NCBI GenBank assembly: GCA_964016885.1
Contig: OZ024742.1
Coordinates: 370,078,001-370,142,000 of the forward strand
Source: Eledone cirrhosa
Taxonomy: Eukaryota
Length of the DNA stretch: 64,000 nt
Reading direction: 5' to 3'
The notes below the pieces were generated by a model that did no database searches, was not told the DNA's origin, and saw only the letters and a program-made list of their open reading frames with translations. Numbering within the stretch: the stretch's first letter is position 1; the number at the start of each line of letters is the position of its first letter. A program made the position numbers and the translations under genes. Of this stretch, positions 13,563 through 23,996 are shown one piece after another.

Positions 13563-14269
13563 TCTCTTCCTTAATTTCAGTTTTAAGATTAAATCTAAGC
13601 TCAACAGAGGTTAAATCTAAGTTCAACATTACATCTAAGCTCAACAGAGAGGATTTACCCGACAAATTGATCCACAGAATCTTAAATTAAATTTTTTAAG
13701 CATGACCCATTAGAGTTGAAATAGAGTGTATTTCATTGGAAATCTGATCACGAAAGGGTTAAAATATGATAAAGATGGATGATGATAATGATGATAGAAA
13801 TGAAGGTGATTATGATGACGAGGATGAAGGTGAAGAAGGAGAAGATATAACTTATAATCCGATACATAAAAAAAAGTACATTTCCTTCTCTTTGGTAGAT
13901 TGAAGCTTACGAGTTAATCAACAAAAACATCGGACTTTAATCCAACAAAAAGTGAAAGTGTTAGCTTTGATCAATGGGGAGGGGTGGGGTCGGGAGAGGG
14001 GTGGATGGGGGTGGGTTGGGGGTGAAGGGGCGGTGATAGGAATAAAAATAAATAGAAATAAAACAAAGAAATATTAGAAAAATAAGAGGAATTAGAAACT
14101 GAATAAATTTAGAACGTATTCCTTAGAGCTGAAATCTGAGAGAATGGAACATATGTATGAAGAGTTAGTGATTAATTTTAATTAAATGAAAGAATGTAAA
14201 TTACTGTGTGTGTGTATGTGTGTGAGTGAATATCATTTAACATTCCCTTTCTCTGCTAGTAAGAATTGG

Positions 14270-14470
14270 ATTGGTCTACATAGACCAAGTCAGTACTGAA
14301 GCAGGGCTCCCAGATGAAGGGCCTGCATCTCACATATGGTCATACTATTGAGTACAGAGAAGTTGTGTCTTGACACAAAATGAAGGGTCCTCCCAACTCC
14401 ATATTTGGCAAGATTTCTATGGCTTGATGCCCTTTCTAACATCAACCAGCATGTAATGGGTGCTTTTATC
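14270..14470 (-). mobile_element. Degenerate SINE or bipartite RTE fragment carrying the UTR module
   Basis: tttctatggcttgatgccctttctaacatcaacc...gggtgctttt is a diverged copy of the module. Confidence 0.55.
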
Positions 14471-14709
14471 AAGTAGATCATTATACTACTGTGTGTGTGT
14501 GTGTGTGTGTGCGTGCGTGTGTGTGTGTGCGTGTATATATATATATATATATAGTAATAATAATAAATGAAGACTAACATCCAAAGATGGCTCGATAAGG
14601 ATAAATATATATTGAATATATTAGAACCGTAGAGGAAATATTCTGAAACTTTCAGAAGATCCCGTTAAAGGTGAAAGCAGTGATTCTTTGCTTAAACTTT
14701 AATATGTTA

Positions 14710-14750
<41 letters not shown>

Positions 14751-14986
14751 TCACAGATGAACATATATTGCCATTCTTTCATTTAAATGAAGATGCATGA
14801 CTTAGTAGGGGGTTGTGGTTTGATTCTGTGAGGAGATGGTATGTTGTATTCTTGAGCAAGACACTTCATTTCATGTTGCTTTTCATGATCGGTATGATAG
14901 GACTGGAGACCCTATATCATTAAAAAACAAATATGGAATTTAATCTTGTAGTAGGTCAGCTGTGAGTTTCATTTTGTTTCACACAC

Positions 14987-15340
14987 ACATGGCTTAGTGG
15001 TTAGAGCATTGGCCTTGCAATCGAAAGGTTGTGAGTTCAATTCTCAAACCGGGTGATGTGTTGTTTCCTTGAGCAAGACACTTTATTTCACGTTGCTCCA
15101 GTTTACTCAGCTGTAGAAATGAGATGATAGGGACTGGGGTCCCTATCATTGCAGTGGAATGATTGGGACCCCAGTCCTATCATTCCACTGCAAAGTGGTC
15201 GTGGAGGCGCCACGGAAAAAAAGCACCCAGCACTCACTGTAAATGAGGTTGGTGTTAGGAAGGGCATTCAACTGTAGAAATCAAGCCAGAATCAATTCCC
15301 GTCCCACCCTTGCAAGCAGGGAAAAGCGGACGTAAAATGA
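14987..15340 (+). mobile_element. tRNA-derived SINE with RTE-derived body and tail (copy 1)
   Basis: A box tggcttagtgg, B box gagttcaattc, CORE-like ccttgagcaagacact, body matching the family B 3'UTR, and tail cccgtcccacccttgcaagcagggaaaagcggacgtaaaatga identical to the family C 3' end. A shorter decayed relative lies at ~14785-14920. Confidence 0.9.
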
Positions 15341-15348
15341 TACATATA

Positions 15349-15416
15349 CAGGGTGTGGCAGAAAATTCTCCCATATTTTATGTGTAAAATATGGGAGAAT
15401 TCTCTGCCACACCCTA
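15349..15416. mobile_element. 68-bp palindromic mini-MITE (mariner-type CAGGGTG terminus)
   Basis: Two 32-bp arms with 2 mismatches around a 4-nt loop (tgtg); TA on the left. Confidence 0.8.
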
Positions 15417-15638
15417 CATATATCAAATCTTTAAACTTGGTTTGGAACAATGGCATTCCTAAATCCAAAAGTTTATTCACATTTCAAGACCTTTACATAC
15501 TCAGAAAATAGAATGGTAAAATAAAAATAGATTTAAAATTAATAGAGAAATAGATTGTCTCAAATATAAAGAACTAATAACTTAGTATGAAAAATCCTTG
15601 ATAGAAACCATCAAATTGAAACAGTCATGTTTTCAACA

Positions 15639-15677
<39 letters not shown>

Positions 15678-15897
15678 TACATAAACATGCACACACATAC
15701 ACACAAATATATTTAAAAGAATGTAAATCTGTCTTGACTTCCAAAACCACATGTGCAATGAGACTGTGCAACACCACACGTGTAATTATAACTGAAATGA
15801 ACTGAAACTGGTTACAAATCTATGAAATCAGCAAAAACTATTTTCTATTTTAGATGTCTGTCTATATATCTATTTATTGATCAATGTTTAGTTATCT

Positions 15898-17496
15898 GAC
15901 GAAGGTTGTATTGTCAGAAGTAGAACACATGCTCCTAAGAAATGAGGGAGCCAAAGCTGTTAACTGGGCCTGAGTGGCAGAGGCGAAAAGTGGCAACAAA
16001 TCCACAATTCGGTCTTTGCAAGACAAAGATGGACGCATTCTACTTGAATCCAAGCAGATGTGCACAGCCTTCCAGCAGCACTTTGAACAACTGTTCGGGC
16101 AAAACTGTACATCAAGCGAGGCATGGACTTCAGTTCCTACCTCAACTCTCGAGCACGGATGCAGAGAGTTGCGAAAGGCCGATCACAGCGGGCGAAATAG
16201 AAGATGCCCTAGGCCGCTGTGAGAAATGCAAAACACCCAGTTTAGATGGTCTACCCTATGAGTTTTACATAGGCATGCCAGACTTGTTCTCTGGCGTCCT
16301 TGAAGCGGTCTACTGCAACTGGCAGCAGAATGGGAGCAATCCCAGTTCTGTAGGCAGAGGTGTAGTAATGCTGATCAGGAAAGATGAGAACAAGGGGGAT
16401 GAGATATTCAATTTCAGGCCCATAACTGCTCAACACAGAGTTAAAGATTTTGGCCAAGGTGTTAGCAACAAGGCTGCCACTTGTTGAGAACCTGGTAGGG
16501 GAAGCGCAAACGTGTGCAATCCCGACCATGTTCATACACGACATCCTCCACCTCATGCGATACATCATAGAGAGGGTAGGGTGTAAACCTGGCTTCGGTG
16601 GGGCTCTGATCAGTTTAGATCAGTCTAAGGCATTTGATAGGGTCGACCATCAATACTTGGAAGCAGTTCTCAAGGTGGCCGGCTTCGGTCACGTCTTCAG
16701 AGGCTGGATCGCTGCCATGCATACCAGCATCTGCTCGGCAGTCAAGGTGAATGGCTACCTGTCGGAGCCATTCCAAATCATACGTTTCATCCATCAAGGT
16801 TGCCCTCTCTTCTCCATTCTGTATGTACTGACTCTCGAGCCATTACTATGGAAAGCAGCGTCGGCCTATGCCAACGACATAACTGTAATGGTGTCGAAAA
16901 CCTTGGAAATCGGAGTAATCGGCAACATATTGCAACTCGGCACATGGAGAAGCAAATCCATGCCTTGCAACAGCATTGTTGGATGCTGGATGGAAGGACC
17001 AGTGAAATTGCTCGGGGTCTGGTTTGGTCCAGACCTCCAGGTGGACAAGAACTGGAACGAGGTCACGGCGAAGGTGTTTGCACTCACCCAGAACTGGGCT
17101 GAGTGCAACCTTTCCTTGAAAGGTTGAACAGATGTGGCGAACACTTATATAGTGTCCTTCATCTACTACCGCTTGACAGCCGTGCCTTGCCCCCGTGAAT
17201 ACCTCACCAAAATGGAAAGTCTACTCTTCAAGTTCCTCTGGAAGAAACAGGCTCTGTTGGTGAGGAGATCCATCTGCTGCCAACACCCTTCTAACAGAGG
17301 GCTGGCCATGCCATGGCTGATGATGCGCAAACACGCGCTAGGCTATGGCATCTCCAGGTATTCTTGATCAACAAACCGGTGTGGCCGTCGTTTGGATTTC
17401 GATTGTTAATTTTTTTATATATAGTTTATTGTTATTTATTAATGTTACGTCTTATAATGTCCCATTTCTTGTACGCCCCTGTGGCAAATAACGAAA
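15898..17496 (+). mobile_element. Tx1/L1-clade LINE ORF2 relic, copy 1
   Basis: DGLPYEFY, NFRPIT, LDQSKAFDRVDH and QGCPL motifs; many frameshifts and deletions. Ends gcccctgtggcaaataacgaaa followed by a TCTA-like tract. Confidence 0.9.
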
Positions 17497-17552
17497 GATA
17501 TCTATCCATCTGTATGTCTATCTATCAATCTGTGTCTACCTATCTATCTATT

Positions 17553-19775
17553 GATTTCGGGCGCTGAGATAATGGACGCGCTGAACCAATGCGGCAAACG
17601 CAAATCTCCAGGTCTCGACGGCCTACCCTACGAATTTTACGTAGCAATGCCGGACTTGTTCTCCGGTCTCCTGGAAGCGGTCTACTGCAACTGGCAGCAG
17701 AACGGGAGAATTCCCAGTTCTGTGACCAAGGGCGTAATCACGTTAGTCAGGAAGGACGAGAACAAGGGGGATGACATAGATAACTTCCGGCCCATAACTC
17801 TGCTCAACACACAGTTACAGATTTTGGCCAAGGTGTTGGCAAAGAGGCTGCCACTTGTCGTCGAAAACCTGGTGGGAGAAGCGCAGACATACGCAATCCC
17901 GACCAGGTCCATACACGACAACCTCCACCTCATGCGATACATCATAGAGAGGGTAGGGTGTAAACCCAACTTCGGTGGGGCCCTGATCAACTTGGATCAG
18001 TCTAAGGCTTTCGATAGGGTTGACCATTGTTACCTGGATGCGGTGCTCGAGGCGGCAGGCTTCGGTCCCGTGTTGAGGGGCTGGATTGCTGCAATGCACA
18101 ACAGCAACATCTGCTCAAGCGTCAAGGTGAATGGCTACCTTTCGGAGCCGTTCCATATCACGTGATCCATCCGACAAGGATGCCCTCTCTCCTCCCTTCT
18201 GTACATACTGACTCTCGAGCCACTACTGCGGAAGTTGGAGCTATTGCAGGGCATCCCTTTGGAACCGGGACTGCGAAAAGCGTCATCAGCCTATGCTGAC
18301 GACGTAATAGTAATGATGTCGAGCACCTCGCAAATCGGGGAGGTCGGCACCTTACTGGAGGAATACGAAAGGTTCACAGGGGCGAAGCTGAACCGGGACA
18401 AATCCGTCGGTTTGCAACTCGGAACGTGGAGAGGCAAACCGATGCCTTCCGATGACGTCGTCGGACGCTGGACGGAAGGACCGGTAAATCTGCTCGGGGT
18501 CTGGTCTGGTCAAAGACAAAACACTTAAATAGCGTCCGCCATCTACTACCGCTTGACTGTTGTGCCTTGTCCAGCCAAAACGCTCACCAAAATGGAGCGC
18601 GCGCTCTTCCAATTCCTTTGGAAGAAACGGGCTATTTGGTGAGAAGATCTATCTGCTGCCAACACCCTTCAAACGGAGGGCTGGGGATGCCGTGGCTGAC
18701 GATGCGCAAACACGTGCTCAGGCTGTGGCACCTCAACGTATTCATCACCAGACACCCGGTGTGGGTCCCGTTTGTGAGGCGAGCCTTCCCACGACTCATC
18801 TCGCTGACCGAGCTGCAGCCCTGGGTCAAACAAAGACCGAGGAAAATGGGCGACTGGCATATTGAATGTGCTCAGGCACACACAGTCCTCTGGCAAACGG
18901 ACCCGGCGATCAGTGGAGACTCCACTTCGACATTCTATAGAGGGCTGGTCCACAGCAAGTGCGACGATACGCTCGGAGAAACTCTGGGCATAGAGGGGAC
19001 GAACTGGCCAGTCTGTTCGGTAGGACCTTCCGCTCGGGACCAATGGACAACTTACAAAAGTCCCTGGCCTGGCAGTGTTACTGAGGAGCTCTACAGACAT
19101 GGGCGCCCGGGTAGGGACCCTTCGAAAAAGATCTGTCCGAGATGCGTGCGCGACGAGGAAACCGTCGCACACGCATTTGTACACTGCCCGGGCGTTACCG
19201 ACCTGTGGGGCTATGTAGAACGACTATTGTCGCGGGTGGGACTAATCCGGTTGACCACCGAGTCCATTGTCATGATCAAACCACCACCTTTCTTCAAAAA
19301 CGAGGGAGAGGCGGTTTTCCTATGTGTTATGGCGAAAGAGGTTATATGGTGGACGAGGTTTAAAGGGCTGAGGTCAGACACCTTTCTCTCCGGCGAGCAA
19401 CTGATTCGTTTTTTCAAATATCATTTTGGAAGAAGAATCAGGATGGAGAGAGAGGTGCTGTACCCCAGCAAATTTTATAAAAGGTGGGTGAATGTGGCCA
19501 AGATGGCCCGAGTGGTTGGGCCTTCTCTCTATATAAGCCTGTAGGTTGAGGAAAAAGAGGAAGAGAGGAAGGGAGTACTCACTCTTGGTGTTCCTGGAGA
19601 TGTGGGTTGTACATTTTTTCGGGGTGTGTACAACCCCTGTGTAACATCTCCCCCCTATTGGGGATATCAATTGTTATTTGTTGTTTTATTAATAGTTTTA
19701 TTTTCATATACCTGTATGTAAACTCCCCATTTGTATTTGTCCCCTTCTTTTGTGCCCTTGTGGCTAATAAAGAAA
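17553..19775 (+). mobile_element. Tx1/L1-clade LINE ORF2 relic, copy 2 (5' truncated)
   Basis: SPGLDGLPYEFY, LDQSKAFDRV, AYADDV, GGLGMP and a C-terminal CCHC knuckle CPRC-x8-H-x4-C. Ends gcccttgtggctaataaagaaa followed by a TCTA-like tract. Confidence 0.93.
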
Positions 19776-19904
19776 TTTATCTATTGATTTATCTGTCAGT
19801 AAAGCCATCTATCTGTTTATCCCTATTTATTGTGTAATAAAGAGAAAGGTCATCTACAGCCATTAATGTAGAATAAACATGGCTATTAAAAACAGAAGAC
19901 CGCA

Positions 19905-19931
19905 CAGACAGATAAACAGACAGACAGAGAC

Positions 19932-19966
<35 letters not shown>

Positions 19967-20074
19967 GAGAGAGATAGACAGACAGCGAGAGACAGAGAGA
20001 CAGAGAGAGACAGAGAGACAGAGAGAGACAGAGAGAGACAGAGAGAGACAGAGAGAGACGGAGAGACAGAGAGA
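19905..20074. repeat. (GACA)n/(GA)n compound microsatellite
   Basis: Seen directly. Confidence 0.9.
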
Positions 20075-20192
20075 ATGTCACGTATCTTATTAAAGACCAA
20101 ACAATTTACTGTTGATTTTTGTATCATAAACAAAACAAAGGAAGAGTAACAATAAAAAGTCAGATATTTTAATGATTTCAGTTATTCAAGGT

Positions 20193-21857
20193 CTGCGGTC
20201 ATACTGGAGCACCACTGCGGTCACACTGGGGCACCACTGCGGTCACACTGGGGCACCACTGCTGTCACACTGGGGCACCACTGCGGCACCACTGCGGTCA
20301 TACTGGGGCACCACTGCGGTCACACTGGGGCACCACTGCGGTCACACTGGGGCACCACTGCTGTCACACTGGGGCACCACTGCGGTCATACTGGGGCACC
20401 ACTGCGGTCACACTGGGGCACCACTGCGGTCACACTGGGGCACCACTGCGGTCACACTGGGGCACCACTGCTGTCACACTGGGGCACCACTGCGGTCACA
20501 CTGGGGCACCACTGCTGTCACACTGGGGCACCACTGCGGTCACACTGGGGCACCACTGCTGTCACACTGGGGCACCACTGCGGTCACACTGGGGCACCAC
20601 TGCGGTCACACTGGGGCACCACTGTGGCACCACTGCTGTCACACTGGGGCACCACTGCTGTCATACTGGGGCACCACTGCGGTCACACTGGGGCACCACT
20701 GCTGTCACACTGGGGCACCACTGCTGTCACACTGGGGCACCACTGCGGTCACACTGAGGCACCACTGCGGTCACACTGGGGCACCACTGCTGTCACACTG
20801 GGGCACCACTGCGGTCACACTGAGGCACCACTGCGGTCACACTGGGGCACCACTGCGGTCACACTGGGGCACCACTGCGGTCACACTGAGGCACCACTGC
20901 TGTCACACTGGGGCACCACTGCGGTCACACTGGGGCACCACTGCTGTCACACTGGGGCACCACTGCGGTCACACTGGGGCACCACTGCTGTCACACTGGG
21001 GCACCACTGCTGTCATACTGGGGCACCACTGCGGTCACACTGGGGCACCACTGCGGTCACACTGGGGCACCACTGCTGTCACACTGGGGCACCACTGCGG
21101 TCACACTGAGGCACCACTGCGGTCACACTGGGGCACCACTGCGGTCACACTGGGGCACCACTGCTGTCACACTGGGGCACCACTGCGGTCACACTGGGGC
21201 ACCACTGCTGTCACACTGGGGCACCACTGCGGTCACACTGGGGCACCACTGCGGTCACACTGGGGCACCACTGCGGTCACACTGGGGCACCACTGCGGTC
21301 ACACTGGGGAACCACTGCGGTCACACTGGGGCACCACTGCTGTCACACTGCGGTCACACTGGGGCACCACTGCGGTCACACTGGGGCACCACTGCTGTCA
21401 CACTGGGGCACCACTGCGGTCACACTGGGGCACCACTGCGGTCACACTGGGGCACCACTGCGGTCACACTGGGGCACCACTGCGGTCACACTGGGGCACC
21501 ACTGCGGTCACACTGGGGCACCACTGCTGTCACACTGGGGCACCACTGCGGTCACACTGGGGCACCACTGCGGTCACACTGGGGCACCACTGCTGTCACA
21601 CTGCGGTCACACTGGGGCACCACTGCGGTCACACTGGGGCACCACTGCTGTCACACTGGGGCACCACTGCTGTCACACTGGGGCACCACTGCGGTCACAC
21701 TGGGGCACCACTGCGGTCACACTGGGGCACCACTGCGGTCACACTGGGGCACCACTGCTGTCACACTGCGGTCACACTGGGGCACCACTGCTATCACACT
21801 GGGGCACCACTGCTATCACACTGGGGCACCACTGCGGTCACACTGGGGCACCACTGT
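20193..21857. repeat. 22-bp GC-rich minisatellite, ~75 copies
   Basis: Unit cactgc(g/t)gtcacactggggcac. Confidence 0.97.
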
Positions 21858-21899
21858 ACACACACATACACAGCAATACACACCCACACCATTTTCCAA

Positions 21900-22012
21900 A
21901 TTTCACTCACAAGCCTGTAGTAGAAAGACTTGTTCAAGGTGCCACACGATGGGATTGAAACCGAAACCAAGTGGTTACAAAATGAACTCCTTAACTACAT
22001 AGCCATACCTGC
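21900..22012 (-). mobile_element. Degenerate tRNA-derived SINE head
   Basis: cttgttcaaggtgccacacgatgggattgaaacc (reverse B box) and actacatagcca (reverse A box). A similar relic lies at ~54360-54480. Confidence 0.6.
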
Positions 22013-22052
22013 ACATATACAGATGTGTATATTCACACATATATTCATATAC

Positions 22053-22094
<42 letters not shown>

Positions 22095-22304
22095 CTCTAT
22101 ATTTGTGTAATTTGCCTAAAGGCATAACCTATATCTACTTGTTTTGTTGCATCCCAATGTCTACTGGAATGAATGGTATTGACATTAGAACCCCAAACTG
22201 TAGAAATTTCCAGAGGTTGGCTGAAGAAAAGGGACTGTCCATCTTTCCATTTTCTTTGTGCTTCCTATTTTGAATATATATACACACACACACACACATA
22301 CACA

Positions 22305-22770
22305 GGTGCAGAGCACTATAAGTCGATGGAATGGGGAGACCGAAGAAGACGTGGGATGAGGTGATAAAAGCCGACCATACCCAATTACACCTCTCACATG
22401 ACCGTGACCTCTGGCGTCACACAGTAATACAGAAGACCCCCCCCCCCCACAGGTACAACCCGAAGCTGAAGCATATAGACAATATGCCCACCCCCCACAC
22501 ACTGCAAAGTGATCGTGGAGGTGCCACGGCAAAAAAGTACCCAGCCCACACTGTAAAGTGGAGTGTAGGCGCCACGGAAAAAAAGCACCCAGCACTCACT
22601 GTAAATGAGGTTGGTGTTAGGAAGGGCATCCAGCTGTAGAAATCAAGCCAGAATCAGTTCCCGTATGAGCAAGACAAGGTCAGCCGACCGGACACTGCCC
22701 ACAACAGGACAACCCGTCTAACCCATGCTAGTGTGTGGAGGAACGGACGTAAAATGGTGATGATGATGAT
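22305..22770 (+). mobile_element. RTE family B 3' fragment
   Basis: GRPKKTWDEVIKAD ORF end plus a 3'UTR closely matching the reverse complement of 23693-24175; (GAT)n tail. Confidence 0.93.
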
Positions 22771-23065
22771 CTGTCCCATAGTCTGGTGGACTGTTGAGAC
22801 ACCAAAGATGACCTGGTAACCTGCTCCTTCTATTTCTCTGACCTCTCCATCCTCCTCATTGTTTCCCTCATGCCTGTCTATTCCACGATGTTGTCCTCCC
22901 ACCTCTTTCTCTGCCTCGCTTCCTTCCTCCTTGTTCCCTGCAGGACAGTCTTGGCAAATCCTAAAGATCTTGTCATGTGTCCATACCATCTCAATTTGTG
23001 TTTTTTAACAATGGCCAACAGGTCTTCGTAGGGCCTGGTGGCTTGCCAAATTCTGTTTCTTACCA
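22771..23065 (-). mobile_element. 3' fragment of a different RTE family, tail-to-tail with the family B fragment
   Basis: LLAIVKKHKLRWYGHMTRSLGFAKTVLQGT...RQRKRWEDNI, a typical RTE C-terminus. Confidence 0.85.
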
Positions 23066-23334
23066 AGTTTTTAAAAAGATATCCACATGGGTAAAAGTAT
23101 AAGGAAAAGAAATCGAAAATGCAACTGGAGCCTTAAGAATATTTACTTTACTAGTTTCAGTTCTTATGATTTTCAAAAGTAAAATTGAGATGGAGGATTG
23201 TTTCTGTTGTGGTTTGTCTCATATATACATCTCCCCCACCCCATAACTCCTTGTGGAGTCATAGAGGCACTTTTAAACCTGGTGGAGCCCAACCCTCACC
23301 AGGTCTGAACACAGCCGATTTTTTCTAAAGAGGA

Positions 23335-23482
23335 AGAATCGACCCCAGTACTGGACTGGTACTTTTTTTATTGACCTCGAAAGGCAAAGTTGCCCATGGC
23401 TGGATTTGAACTCAGAGAGTGAAGAGGTGGGACAAATACCTTAAAGCATTCTTTCCGACGTCTTAACAATTGCCATTTTACC
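23335..23482 (-). mobile_element. tRNA-derived SINE (Nin-domain-like)
   Basis: cagtactggactggtactt...gacctcgaaaggcaaagttg...ggatttgaactc (reverse B box). Confidence 0.7.
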
Positions 23483-23652
23483 TTATATATATATATTACC
23501 TACAGTAACTGGACGTTACAATCCCTAAATGTATGTGACTGCATATACATATGTGTATATGCACATATATATATATATATCTCTAACCCATGTCAGCATG
23601 GAAAAATAGACGTTAAACAGTGATGATGACTATATATACATGAATATAAATT

Positions 23653-23694
<42 letters not shown>

Positions 23695-23996
23695 ATCATC
23701 ATCATCATCATCACCGTTTTACGTCCGTTCTTCCACGCTAGCATGGGTTAGACGGGTTGTCCTGTTGTGGGCAGTGTCTGGTCGGCTGACCATGCCTTGC
23801 TCATACAGGAACTGATCTGGCTTGATTTCTACAGCTGGATGCCCTTCCTAACACCAACCTCATTTACAGTGAGTGCTGGGTGCTTTTTCGTGGCGCCTAC
23901 ACGTCCACTTTACAGTGTGGGCTGGGTGCTTTTTTGCCGTGGCACCTCCACGACCACCTTGCGGTGGGGGGGGGGGGGGCATATTGTTTATATGCT

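Noticed and set aside
14991-15052. Possible tRNA genes (also at 54010)
   Set aside because: A and B boxes are present, but they continue into a SINE body and no convincing cloverleaf was seen.
20172-21920. 582-aa His/Gly/Thr-rich ORF
   Set aside because: Translation of a 22-bp repeat that cycles through all frames.
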